Part shown: piece by piece, positions 1 through 9,303 of the stretch
Layout: each line of letters starts with the position of its first letter
Numbering within the stretch: the stretch's first letter is position 1
Source of the DNA: an uncultured Acidobacteriota bacterium
GTDB taxonomy: Bacteria > Acidobacteriota > Thermoanaerobaculia > UBA5066
Assembly: GCA_963779415.1 (NCBI GenBank)
Contig: CAVZYA010000002.1
Location: 736,001 to 800,000 of the forward strand
Direction: 5' to 3'
DNA length: 64,000 nt
Notes under the pieces: generated by a model
What the model was told of the DNA's origin: nothing
The model's database searches: none
What the model saw: the letters and a program-made list of their open reading frames with translations, nothing else
Program-made: the position numbers and the translations under genes

Positions 1-843
1 GCCCTCGCGGTCCCAGTCGCCGCTCTCGTCCTTCGGCGTCTCGAGGATCTTCGGGACCCTCGCGAAGACGGGCTCGGTCATCAGGTTCGCAAAGCCGGCT
101 TCGCCGATCGTTCCGAGACCGATCCGCTCGTGCCGGTCGACACGGCAGCCCCGCCCCTTCTTCGAGTCGTTCGCGTGGATGACCGAGACGCGCGAGAGCC
201 CGATCGTCCGGTCGGCCTCGTCCAGCATCGAGCGCCAGCCGTCCTTCGTCACGACGTCGTACCCTGCCGCCCAGACGTGGCAGGTGTCGAGGCAGAAGGC
301 GATCCGAGCCTTCGACGCGGCGCGCGCACGCATCCCGGCGAGCTGGGCGAACGTGTGTCCGAGACAGGCTCCCTGCCCCGCGGCCGTCTCGAGGAGGATC
401 GTCGTCTTTGCGCCGGGCGTCTTCTTCGACGCCTCGTCGAGTCCCCGCGAGATCCGGTCGACACCGGTCTCTTCGCCGTCGCCGCCGTGAGAGCCGGGAT
501 GGAGGACGAGGAAGGGGATCCCGGCCGCGTCGCACCGCCGGATCTCGTCCACGAGGGCGGCGAGCGAGCGGCGGCGCGTCGCGGCGTCGGGAGAGGCGAG
601 ATTGATGAGGTAGGCGGCATGCGAGACGACGGGCTCGATCCCGGCCGCCTTCGCCGCCACGCGGAGCGTGGAGGAGTCCTCGGGGTCGAGCGCCTTGCCC
701 GCCCACTGGTTGGAGTTCTTGGTGAAGAGCTGCAGGGCGCGGCAGCCGACGCCCACGGCCCGCTCGACGGCCTTCGCGAGGCCCCCCGCCGCGCTCATGT
801 GCGCCCCGACGAGGGGCTCCTCCGGGCGGCGGGAGGCCGTCAC
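1..843 (-). CDS. nfo: Endonuclease IV (3' end runs off window)
   Basis: Manual translation: LVGAHMSAAGGLAKAVERAVGVGCRALQLFTKNSNQW ... PKILETPKD, typical Endo IV motifs; GTG at 843. Confidence 0.9.
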   Translation of the reverse strand, partial: MTASRRPEEPLVGAHMSAAGGLAKAVERAVGVGCRALQLFTKNSNQWAGKALDPEDSSTLRVAAKAAGIEPVVSHAAYLINLASPDAATRRRSLAALVDEIRRCDAAGIPFLVLHPGSHGGDGEETGVDRISRGLDEASKKTPGAKTTILLETAAGQGACLGHTFAQLAGMRARAASKARIAFCLDTCHVWAAGYDVVTKDGWRSMLDEADRTIGLSRVSVIHANDSKKGRGCRVDRHERIGLGTIGEAGFANLMTEPVFARVPKILETPKDESGDWDREG

Positions 844-1821
844 GCGCGGAGGGACGCCGCGGCGGCGGAAGCGGGATTTCAGGCTCCGCGTCAGGGCGAG
901 CTGCTTGGCGTAGTTGAGGGAATAGATGGCCGCGGGGACCCCGGCCACGTTGAAGGGGAGCGAGGCCGCGGCGATGACGAAGTGACGCGTCTTCTCCGCG
1001 GTCGTGTACTCCGGGTTCCGGAAGCGCGTGACCGACCGGTAGTACTTGCCGAGGTTCTCGTAGACGTCACCGAGGACGTTCCGGAAGCCCATCTCGGTCC
1101 CCCACGCGAGGCAGCGCCCCTGCCGGACCGCGGCGAGAAACTCCTTCCACGTCTTCCCGGGAGCGAGGGTGAAGACCGACGCGATCGGGGGATACGTGTG
1201 CGCATCCGACCCGCCGACGAGGGAGAGCGACCCCCGTTTCTGCCGGGCGACCTCGAGGAGGTCCGCCACGAGGGCGTTGTGCTGGTACGCCATCGAGCCG
1301 TTCTTCACCTCGAAGACGTCGAAGAGAGTCAGCATCGTCGTGACGAAGTCTTCCGGCGCCTGCCGCATCCGGTACGACTGGAAGAGGTGGTTCGCCGAGT
1401 AGAGGAGGCCCTCGGAGCGGAGGTAGTCGACGAGGTCGAAGATGTTCCGGCGCTTCTTCGAGATCACCTGGTGCTGGGCGAGCGTCAGGTCGAAGACGTT
1501 CACGTGGATCCGCTGGCCGGTCTTCGGGAAGAAGGTCTCGACCTCCTCGGAGACGAAGAAGTCGGGGAGGTCGGGGTGGCGGTCGAGGAACCGAAGGCAC
1601 CCGTCCACCGTGTCGTGGTCCGAGAACGTGACGAAATCCATCCCCCGGGCCTTCGCGAGGCGGTACGTTTCGTCCGGGTCGTTGTACGAGTCGCGCGTGT
1701 TTCCCGCCTTGAAGTACTTGAAGATCGAGGCCTCCGTGTGGAGATGGAGGTCGGCCCGGGAGAGCGGCAGCTCTGCGGGGGAGAGGGCGGGCGCGTGGCG
1801 CGCGAGGCGGGTTCCCGTCAC
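840..1821 (-). CDS. PHP-domain metallophosphoesterase
   Basis: Manual translation: RADLHLHTEAS, FVTFSDHDT, SEEVE, NHLF, FEVKNG, GGSDAH. As assembled it reads through into nfo; removing 1 nt near 865 gives a stop at the GTGA overlap (840). Confidence 0.8.
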
Positions 1822-1900
1822 GGGAGGAGGAGTCTCGGTCCCGCGGGACCCCGAGTCAAATGACCAAGGCGCCGGGAGGGCTGGTAGAGTCGGATATGCG

Positions 1901-2626
1901 ATGGGCGGTGTCTTTCTCCGGGTGCTCTACGCGCTTTTTCTCGCCGGAGTCCTCGCCGTCGCGGCGTGGGTCTCCTTCTCCCGGTTCGTCGCCGGAAAAT
2001 CGACGCTCGTCCCCAATCTTCGGGAGATGACGGTGGAGGAGGCGACCGCAAGGGCGGCGGAGCTCGGGCTCGCTGCGGAGGTGGATCCGGCGCGGGACGA
2101 TTGGGACGAGAGTGTCCCGTCGGGGCGGATCCGCGCGCAGGAGCCGACGGCCGACATGGCCGTCAAGGAAGGGCAGACGATCCGGCTCTTCCTCTCGCTC
2201 GGACCGAAGCAGCTCCGGATGCCCGACCTCACCGGGCAGTCCCCGAGAGCCGCCGCGGCCGCGCTCGTCCGCCTCGGATTCCCCGAGCCGGTTCTCGCCG
2301 CGGTCCGGCTCCCCGGTCCGACCGGCGTCGTCGCCCAGAGCGCGTCGCCCGGAGCCGTCGTCGCGCCGGGCGCTCCGGCAGGGCTTCTCGTCAACCGCGG
2401 CCTCCCCGAGGCCGCGTGGGTCATGCCCGACCTGATCGGACGGGACGTGGAGAAGGTGCGCCTCGCCTTCGAGGCGCGCGGATTCCGCGTCGGCAGCGTC
2501 CGGAGACAGGCATACGAGGGAACGGCGGCGGGGACGATTCTCCGCCAGTTTCCGCAGGCAGGCTTCCCGGTCTCGCGCAAGGACGTCCTCTCCTTCGTCA
2601 TCGCTTCGGGCGAGGGGGTCTCGTGA
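1901..2626 (+). CDS. PASTA-domain membrane protein
   Basis: N-terminal TM helix, then three PASTA repeats (VPNLREMTVEEA, MPDLTGQS, MPDLIGRD); upstream of rpe. Confidence 0.85.
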   Translation: MGGVFLRVLYALFLAGVLAVAAWVSFSRFVAGKSTLVPNLREMTVEEATARAAELGLAAEVDPARDDWDESVPSGRIRAQEPTADMAVKEGQTIRLFLSLGPKQLRMPDLTGQSPRAAAAALVRLGFPEPVLAAVRLPGPTGVVAQSASPGAVVAPGAPAGLLVNRGLPEAAWVMPDLIGRDVEKVRLAFEARGFRVGSVRRQAYEGTAAGTILRQFPQAGFPVSRKDVLSFVIASGEGVS

Positions 2627-3303
2627 CGGGCGCACCCGTCCGGATCGCCCCGTCGCTCCTCTCCGCGGATTTCGGGCGGCTGGCCGACGCGGTCTCCGCC
2701 TGCGAGGGGGCGGGGGCCGAATGGATCCATTTCGACGTGATGGACGGCCGTTTCGTCCCGAATCTCACGGTCGGGCCGGTCGTCCTGAAGGCCCTCCGCG
2801 GGGCGACGAGGCTGCCGTTCGATGTCCACCTGATGATCGAGGAGCCGCTCCGGACCGCCGAACAGTACCTGGACGCCGGTGCCGCGCGACTGGCGGTCCA
2901 CGTGGAGGCCGAAGCGCACCTCCACCGTTTCGCCCAGCTCGTCCGGTCCCGCGGCGCCTCACCGGGCATCGCGATCAATCCCGGGACGTCGCTCCTCCTT
3001 CTCGACGAGGCCGTCCGGTTCGTCGATTTCGTCCTCGTCATGACGGTCAATCCCGGATGGGGCGGACAGTCCTTCCTTCCCGGGTCGGTCGCGCGCGTCC
3101 GGGAGCTTTCGGATCTGATCCGATCGCGCGGCGCGCCGTGCGAGATCGCCGTGGACGGCGGTGTCGCGCCCGTGAACGCGGGCGCCCTCGTCTCCGCCGG
3201 GGCCGGACACCTCGTGGCGGGCTCCTCGGTCTTCGGAAGCGGCGACGTCGCGGCAGGCGTCGCCGCGCTTCGGGACGCGGCCTCGGAGCTCCGCGCGGTG
3301 TAA
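2623..3303 (+). CDS. rpe: Ribulose-phosphate 3-epimerase
   Basis: IAPSLLSADF, HFDVMDGRFVPNLTVG, DVHLMI, VMTVNPGWGGQ, VDGG motifs. Confidence 0.95.
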   Translation: MTGAPVRIAPSLLSADFGRLADAVSACEGAGAEWIHFDVMDGRFVPNLTVGPVVLKALRGATRLPFDVHLMIEEPLRTAEQYLDAGAARLAVHVEAEAHLHRFAQLVRSRGASPGIAINPGTSLLLLDEAVRFVDFVLVMTVNPGWGGQSFLPGSVARVRELSDLIRSRGAPCEIAVDGGVAPVNAGALVSAGAGHLVAGSSVFGSGDVAAGVAALRDAASELRAV

Positions 3304-3317
3304 TCTCCGACGTTCCC

Positions 3318-4145
3318 ATGCGGCTCCGTCCCGTCGTCGTCCCGCTCCTCTTCCTCGCCATCGCGCTCTCGGCCTGCTCGTCGGGAGACAACTCGGCGAA
3401 GCTGACGCGAGAGCTCCTCACGATGCCGAAGGAGGAGGCCTACGCCAAGGGCGAGCAGCTGATCGCGAAGAAGAAGTGGGACCTCGGCCGGCAGTACCTC
3501 CGGTTCGTGGCGGAGAACTACGCGAACGACCCGATCGGGCGTCAGGCCGCCCTGAAGCTCGCGGACTCGTATTTCGACGAGGGGACACCGTTGTCCTATC
3601 TCGAGGCGCAGGCCCGGTACAAGGACTTCCGGAATCGCTACCCTTCCAGCCCGCGGGCCGACTACGCCCTCTTCCGCCTGGCGCAGACGGCCGACAAGGA
3701 AGCCGAGAAGCCGGACCGCGAGCAGACGAACACACGGCTCGCCGCCTCGAGCTACCGGGAGCTGATCGTCGGCTACCCGGACTCGCCGTACCTTACGGAG
3801 GCGCGCGTCCGCCTCCAGCGGATCCGGAACCTCCTCGCGGAGCACGAGTACCTCGTCGGGCGCTACTACTATCGGCGAAAGGGGTGGACGGCGGCGAAAG
3901 GGCGTTTCGAGACGATTCTCGCAGCCTACCCGGACTATACGAGCCTGGATCGCGTCCTCTACGAGGTCGGTCTCGTGCAGCGGAAGCTCGGGAACGAGGA
4001 GAAGGCCCGCGAGAGCTGGCAGCGCCTGACGCACGATTTTCCGGCGAGCCCCTACGCCAAGAAGATCCCGGCCCAAAAGAGCGAGCCGAAGCCTGCCCAG
4101 AAGGCCGCGACTCTCCGCTTTGACCCCGAGCCCCGGATGCGGTAA
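3318..4145 (+). CDS. bamD: Outer membrane protein assembly factor BamD lipoprotein
   Basis: Lipobox LSAC; TPR-like helices; YPDSPY ... LAEHEYLVGRYY. Confidence 0.9.
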   Translation: MRLRPVVVPLLFLAIALSACSSGDNSAKLTRELLTMPKEEAYAKGEQLIAKKKWDLGRQYLRFVAENYANDPIGRQAALKLADSYFDEGTPLSYLEAQARYKDFRNRYPSSPRADYALFRLAQTADKEAEKPDREQTNTRLAASSYRELIVGYPDSPYLTEARVRLQRIRNLLAEHEYLVGRYYYRRKGWTAAKGRFETILAAYPDYTSLDRVLYEVGLVQRKLGNEEKARESWQRLTHDFPASPYAKKIPAQKSEPKPAQKAATLRFDPEPRMR

Positions 4146-4223
4146 CTTGGTGCGCTTCGAAAGTCTGCGCCCCTGAGGCCCGCGTTCAGGGTCGAAATGC
4201 CGGGAAACGGCGGGAGGTCGCCG

Positions 4224-5081
4224 ATGCGTAAGCCCCTTCCGGTTCTCCTCTTCGCTGCGGCCCTTCTGGGGCCGGGCGGTCGTGGAGCGGCCGCGGACAA
4301 TCCGCCCGCTCCGGCGCCCGCCTCCCACGGGGCGATCTCGCCCCCGCTTCCGATCGGCGTCGAGGCGGATGTCTACTGCTCGGGGTGGATCGGGGATGTC
4401 GACGACACGTTCCCGGCCTCGATCTTCAGCGCCGAGCTGATCAACTCGAAGCAGGGCTTCCTGGAAGGCGACATCGTCTACATCAACGCGGGGACGAAAG
4501 AGGGAATCACGGCCGGCCAGGAGTACTGGATCGTCCGCCCGGATCGGACCGTCTACAGGTTTGGTTCGGTCCTCGACGTCGTCGGCCAGATGTACCTGAC
4601 GCCGGGCAGGGCGCGGATTCTCTGCGCCCAGGACGATACGGCCATCGCCGAGATCGTTCTCTCGTGCTCGGACATCAACATCGGCGACCTGCTACTCCCC
4701 TTCGAGCCGATTCCGGTCCCGCTCGTCCGCCGGACGGTGCCCCTCTCCTCGTGCGACCCGACCACGGGGAAGGTCAGCGGCCACATCGTGGACGACCGCG
4801 ACCACATAACGCCGATTGCGACGAACAGCGTCGTCTTCCTCGACCTCGGAGAGGATGATGGCCTGATGCCCGGCGACTTCTTCGCGGTCTATCGCCTGCC
4901 GGTGGAGAACGCGGACCTGGCGAACATCAACGTCGGAGAGCTGGAGAACCAGACGAACCGGGGCGTCCGGATCATCCTGGGGGAGGCTTCGATCCTCACG
5001 ACGCGAAAGAAGACCTCGGTGGCGATCATCACCTCGATGCGGGACACGATGTACGTGGGCGACCGCGTCGAGATGAAGTAG
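4224..5081 (+). CDS. Secreted beta-rich protein resembling the C-terminal region of TsaP/FlgT-like proteins (no LysM)
   Basis: Signal peptide; EGDIVYINAG, VFLDLGEDDGLMPGD, VGDRV motifs; RBS GGGAGG. Confidence 0.6.
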   Translation: MRKPLPVLLFAAALLGPGGRGAAADNPPAPAPASHGAISPPLPIGVEADVYCSGWIGDVDDTFPASIFSAELINSKQGFLEGDIVYINAGTKEGITAGQEYWIVRPDRTVYRFGSVLDVVGQMYLTPGRARILCAQDDTAIAEIVLSCSDINIGDLLLPFEPIPVPLVRRTVPLSSCDPTTGKVSGHIVDDRDHITPIATNSVVFLDLGEDDGLMPGDFFAVYRLPVENADLANINVGELENQTNRGVRIILGEASILTTRKKTSVAIITSMRDTMYVGDRVEMK

Positions 5082-5214
5082 CCGCGCGCGGTTCCCAGGT
5101 TCCCCTCCATGATACCGGCGGGCCCTTCCCGCCCGCGACCCGGCGTGATAGCGTCTCCGGCGCTCAAGAGAAAAACGCGAACGGACAACAGGCGTCGGGT
5201 AGGAGAGGCTTCTC

Positions 5215-5448
5215 GTGACGATCGACGGACAGCTGCAGCGGATCATCGACGAGCTCGTTTCCAAGGGAATCCCGCTGGAGGCCGCGAAGAGGGAATTCGA
5301 ACGGAAGTACGTGACGGCGGCCGTCACGAAGGCCGACGGCAACATGGGCCGTGCGGCGAAGTCGCTCGGCATTCACCGCAACACCCTTCGCGCGAAGATC
5401 TCGCTTCTCTCCGTCAGGACCTCGCGGCGTCATACCGACAATTCGTAA
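5215..5448 (+). CDS. Small Fis-family HTH (HTH_8) protein
   Basis: FERKYVTAAV..ADGNMGRAAKSLGIHRNTLRAKI. Confidence 0.8.
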   Translation: MTIDGQLQRIIDELVSKGIPLEAAKREFERKYVTAAVTKADGNMGRAAKSLGIHRNTLRAKISLLSVRTSRRHTDNS

Positions 5449-5481
5449 AGGGGCGAGAGGGAACCCGTCTCCGGGCTCTAC

Positions 5482-5667
5482 CTACTTCGGGGTGTTCTTC
5501 GTCTCGTCTTTCTTCTCGTCGCCCTTCTGCCCGTCCCGCATCGCGTCCCTGAAGTTCTTGATCCCCTCGCCGAGTCCCTTCCCGAGCTGAGGGATCTTCC
5601 CGGCGCCGAAGATCAGGACGACGATGACCAGGATGACGAGAAGTTCGGGGAGTCCGAGGTTACCCAC
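5482..5667 (-). CDS. tatA: Twin-arginine translocase TatA/TatE subunit
   Basis: [39 protein letters not shown]. Confidence 0.95.
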   Translation of the reverse strand: MGNLGLPELLVILVIVVLIFGAGKIPQLGKGLGEGIKNFRDAMRDGQKGDEKKDETKNTPK

Positions 5668-5691
5668 GCGCGCCTCCTTGACGAGCCGGAA

Positions 5692-6654
5692 TCATACCCT
5701 CCCGGATGTCGGTACCATGAATCGGAGCAGCTCCGCCCATGGTCCTGCGGGCGTCGTCCGCGTCCGGAGAACGCGTCTCGCGCGGTCCCGGTGAGGAAGG
5801 TAGATCTGCCGACCGAGGGCGAGCATCTTCTCGAAGGTCCCGAGCACTTTCCACGCCCGCTGGAGGAGGACCGCTTCGGCATATGCGGCCGGGTCCGACG
5901 GGACGCTCTCGCCCGCCCGCTCGAAGCGGAGGGAGACCGGGTCGTAGTCCGGCGGCCCGAGGCGGAGGTCCTGGAAGTCGATCAGGGCGAGCCGTCCGTC
6001 CGGCGCGCGCATGAGGTTGTTGGCGTGGAAGTCGCGGTGTGTCGGGACAGGATCACCCGTTGCGTCCGGATCGGCGGCGGCGCGGGCGAGCTCTCCCGCG
6101 AGGCGGTCCCAGGCGGCTCCGTCCGGGCGGGAGAGGGGGGACGCGCCCCCGCGCTCGAGCGCCCAGTGTCGCGTATGGGAAAGCTCGCGGAGGAAGAACT
6201 CCGCGTCAAACGGCGGGTTCCGGCGCGAGACGGCCCGGTCGAGCGTCCGGAGAGCGACGAGAAGATCCTCGGCCTCGTCGAGGAAGCGGGCGCGCTCCCC
6301 GGGCGGCGCCGCCTCGATCTCGGCCGCGAGGTCGCGGTCCCCGAGGTCCTCCACGAGCGCGCTGCCGAGGTCGGGCGCGTCCCCTAAGAGGGCGGGGACG
6401 CGAAGGCCCGCCGCGGTCAGGGCCGCGCCGATCGCCGCCCAGTTCCCCTGCGCGGCCGAGGCGGGTTCCGGATAGAGGACGACGAGGACGCTGGCCCCTC
6501 CGGGAGTCGCCCGGCGGAAGTAGCGGCGGGCACCGGCGTCGCCGGCGAGGGGCGAAAAAACGCCTCCGGGCGCCAGCGCGAATCGCTTCGCGGCCGCGGC
6601 GAGACGCTCTTCTTCCGCGGGCGCCAGCGGCGGCGCGAACGGGGGCGGGGTCAC
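5692..6654 (-). CDS. APH-fold phosphotransferase, AmgK-like MurNAc/GlcNAc anomeric kinase
   Basis: GDAGARRYFR, EDLGD, HRDFHANNLM, IDFQD, QRAWKVLGTF. Confidence 0.75.
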   Translation of the reverse strand: MTPPPFAPPLAPAEEERLAAAAKRFALAPGGVFSPLAGDAGARRYFRRATPGGASVLVVLYPEPASAAQGNWAAIGAALTAAGLRVPALLGDAPDLGSALVEDLGDRDLAAEIEAAPPGERARFLDEAEDLLVALRTLDRAVSRRNPPFDAEFFLRELSHTRHWALERGGASPLSRPDGAAWDRLAGELARAAADPDATGDPVPTHRDFHANNLMRAPDGRLALIDFQDLRLGPPDYDPVSLRFERAGESVPSDPAAYAEAVLLQRAWKVLGTFEKMLALGRQIYLPHRDRARRVLRTRTTPAGPWAELLRFMVPTSGRV

Positions 6655-6661
6655 GCGGCGG

Positions 6662-7342
6662 TCAGTTCTTGGCGGGAGCCGCCGGCTCGTCCACGAGCTC
6701 TACCTTGAGGAGCTTCTGGAGGTTCCTCGGCTTTCCGGCCCCGCCGCTCGAGGGATCGTAGTTCGACGCGGTGACGATCTTGTCCACGACATCCATCCCG
6801 CTCACGACCTCGCCGAATGCCGTGTACTGGCGGTCGAGGAAAGGGGAGTCCTTCACGCCGATGAAGAACTGCGAGGAGGCCGAGTCCGGGTTCGAGGCCC
6901 GAGCCATCGAGAGAATCCCGCGGCGGTGGGCCGTGTCGTTGAACTCGGCCTTCAGGTTGACGGGTTTTCCCTCCGCGTCCTTGTTGCCGCCGGTGCCGTA
7001 GCGCGTCTCGGGTGTCTCGGGCTTTTTCGTGTTCGGGTCGCCTCCCTGGATCATGAACTCCGGGATGACGCGGTGGAACGCCGTCCCGTCGTAGAAGCCC
7101 TTCGCCGCAAGGTCGATGAAGTTCTTCACGTGGTTCGGCGCCTTGTCGTGGAAGAACCGGAGCGTCACGTCCCCTTGCGACGTCTTGAGGACCGCGAGCG
7201 TGTGGGCGTAATCACGGGTCTTGCTCACCTTCGTCTCCTTCTTCGGGGCCTTCGGGGCGGAGGTCTGGGCGGCGAGGGGGAGCGAGAGGGAAAGGGCCGC
7301 CACGGCGAGGAGCCGTCCGGGGACGCTCGGGATTCGGTTCAA
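6662..7342 (-). CDS. Cyclophilin-type peptidyl-prolyl isomerase with signal peptide
   Basis: GFYDGTAFHRVIPEFMIQGGDP, GILSMAR, SASSQFFI, YTAFGEV. Confidence 0.93.
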   Translation of the reverse strand: MNRIPSVPGRLLAVAALSLSLPLAAQTSAPKAPKKETKVSKTRDYAHTLAVLKTSQGDVTLRFFHDKAPNHVKNFIDLAAKGFYDGTAFHRVIPEFMIQGGDPNTKKPETPETRYGTGGNKDAEGKPVNLKAEFNDTAHRRGILSMARASNPDSASSQFFIGVKDSPFLDRQYTAFGEVVSGMDVVDKIVTASNYDPSSGGAGKPRNLQKLLKVELVDEPAAPAKN

Positions 7343-7436
7343 GGGAGCCTCCTTTGGAAGGCAGAATTACCCCGGCGCCTTGTCGGGCCGGCGGCGCCGA
7401 CGGATGATAGACCGAAGACGACGGGGAGGGCAGTTC

Positions 7437-8033
7437 ATGCTGGCCGAGACGTTTCTCACGCTGGTCCGGAAGGCGACGCGCGAGCTGGACCTCGAGGAGA
7501 TCCGGGCCGAGGTGATCGCCTTTTCTGCGCGAACCCCCGACCTCTCGACCCGCGAGAAAGGGGAGCGGATGATCCGCCGCACGGCGCGGCGGGCGGCCGC
7601 GATCGGCGCCCTCGCGAGCCTCCCGCCGGGGTGGGCTTCCGTCGCGGCGATGGCGCCCGAGCTCTCCGCCCTCATCGTCCTCCAGAGCCGGCTCATCGTC
7701 GGCCTCCACATCCTCTACGGCGGCACGCCCGAGCCCGAGGAGCGGGCCCTCGAGGTCCTCGCCGGCATCGCGGCGGGCGCGGGCGTCAACGTCTCGCGGC
7801 GCCTGACGGCGCGGGCTGCCGAGGAGCTTGTAGGACGCCTGGCGATCCGGATTGCGGGGCGCGAAGCGGTGCACCTCGTTCCGCTCGCGGGGGCGGCGGC
7901 CTCGGCCGCGCTGAACTTCGCCGCCGTCCGTGCCGTCGGACGCGCGGCGCTCGCGCGTGTCGAGCAGCTCTACGGTCCTCCCGAGGTCCCGGGAAAAGGA
8001 TCGATCGTCGACGCGAGAGGGGAGGTCTCGTGA
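7437..8033 (+). CDS. EcsC-family-like protein
   Basis: Ala/Gly-rich amphipathic protein with AAIGALASLPPG ... LVPLAGAAASAALN; RBS GGGGAGG. Confidence 0.6.
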   Translation: MLAETFLTLVRKATRELDLEEIRAEVIAFSARTPDLSTREKGERMIRRTARRAAAIGALASLPPGWASVAAMAPELSALIVLQSRLIVGLHILYGGTPEPEERALEVLAGIAAGAGVNVSRRLTARAAEELVGRLAIRIAGREAVHLVPLAGAAASAALNFAAVRAVGRAALARVEQLYGPPEVPGKGSIVDARGEVS

Positions 8034-9178
8034 GCCTCGGGGCCGGCGCCGAGCGGGGACCGCGACGCGCCGACGTCGTCGTCCTCGGTGCCGGCCTGAC
8101 GGGCCTCTCCCTCGGCCTCGCCCTCGCCCGGCGCGGCGTCGAGACGGCCGTTCTCGACCTCGGCGACGCTGACGGCCCCTTCGCCGTGGCGCCGTCCTTC
8201 CCGTCCGGCGCCGTAGAGGCACAGTCCCGTCCCGACACCGCGCCGGAACCGCTTCGCGATCTCTCGCTTCTCTCCCGCCACCTCTTCGGCGACTGGATCG
8301 AGGCGCTCGAGGAGGAGACCGGGCTCGCGTGCGAGTACGACGTCCGCGGCGGCCTCGCCGCGGCGCTCACCGAAGGGGAGGAAGTACTTCTCGACCGCGC
8401 GCTCGACTGGCAGAGGGCGCGCGCCCTTCCGTTCGAGGTCCTCCCGGCCGAGGAGGCGCGGGCGAGAGAGCCTGCACTTTCGGCCGCGGTCCGGGCGGCG
8501 TTCTCCTTTCCGGGAGACGGTCAGCTCTCTCCGCCGCGTCTCGCCCGGGCGCTCCTTCTCGCGGCCCGGCGGGCGGGCGCCCTCGTGACGGGTCCCGCCG
8601 CCATCCCGGCGCTTCACGTCGAGGCGGGGTGTGTCGCGGGGGTCGAGACGCCGCAGGGGCTCTTTCGGGCAGACGCCGTCGTCGTCGCGGCCGGGCCGGC
8701 GACGTCGCGTGTCGCGGGGCTCCCGGCGCTTCCCGCAAAGGCAAATCGGACTCCCCATCTCCTCCTCGATGCGGCAGGTGACGCCGACCGGCTGACGCGG
8801 TTCGTTCACGGGGCCCACGCCGTTCTCGTCCCGCGAAGGGACGGGACGCTCGTCGTCGCGGGGGTGCCGGCGGAGGGGCTCTCGCCGCGAGTCTCCGCCG
8901 GAGAGGCGGCCGACCTCGTGGCGGCGGCCGCGGCTCTCGTTCCGGAGGTCGTCGGCTATCCGCTCGTTGGTTCCTGGATTTTTCACGCCTCGGTATCTCC
9001 GGACGGCGGGCCGATCCTCGGCGAGACGGCACTCCCGGGGCTCTTCGTGGCGGCCGGCGACGGAGCGGCCGCCCTGCTTCTCGCGCCGGCCATCGCGCTC
9101 CTCCTCGCCGACCTCCTGACGGGGCAGACGCCGCCCCTTCCGGCCGCCCCGTTTTCACCGGCCCGGTTCGGCCTTTAG
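8030..9178 (+). CDS. FAD-dependent oxidoreductase, glycine oxidase ThiO/DadA family
   Basis: VVVLGAGLTG Rossmann motif; SPDGGPILG; C-terminal FSPARF. Confidence 0.8.
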   Translation: MSLGAGAERGPRRADVVVLGAGLTGLSLGLALARRGVETAVLDLGDADGPFAVAPSFPSGAVEAQSRPDTAPEPLRDLSLLSRHLFGDWIEALEEETGLACEYDVRGGLAAALTEGEEVLLDRALDWQRARALPFEVLPAEEARAREPALSAAVRAAFSFPGDGQLSPPRLARALLLAARRAGALVTGPAAIPALHVEAGCVAGVETPQGLFRADAVVVAAGPATSRVAGLPALPAKANRTPHLLLDAAGDADRLTRFVHGAHAVLVPRRDGTLVVAGVPAEGLSPRVSAGEAADLVAAAAALVPEVVGYPLVGSWIFHASVSPDGGPILGETALPGLFVAAGDGAAALLLAPAIALLLADLLTGQTPPLPAAPFSPARFGL

Positions 9179-9303
9179 AATCCGCCGCTCGGCGAGAGGA
9201 CGTCTGATCTCTCATGTTAATGTCAGTGTCCTCCCGGGGCCAGAAGAGGGAGCGACGCGTGCCTCGGGAAGAGCATCCACAGGGAGACACGGGAGACGGA
9301 GGC

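Noticed and set aside
1-1821. Apparent in-frame PHP-endonuclease IV fusion
   Set aside because: Removing one C near 865 gives FAAAASLRA* ending in a GTGA overlap with the nfo start. Similar C/G indels are common in this assembly, so it is probably an artefact; reads should be checked.
4146-4200. Possible tRNA or ncRNA between bamD and the next gene
   Set aside because: Only a short hairpin (CCCTGA...TCAGGG); no cloverleaf or recognisable RNA family.
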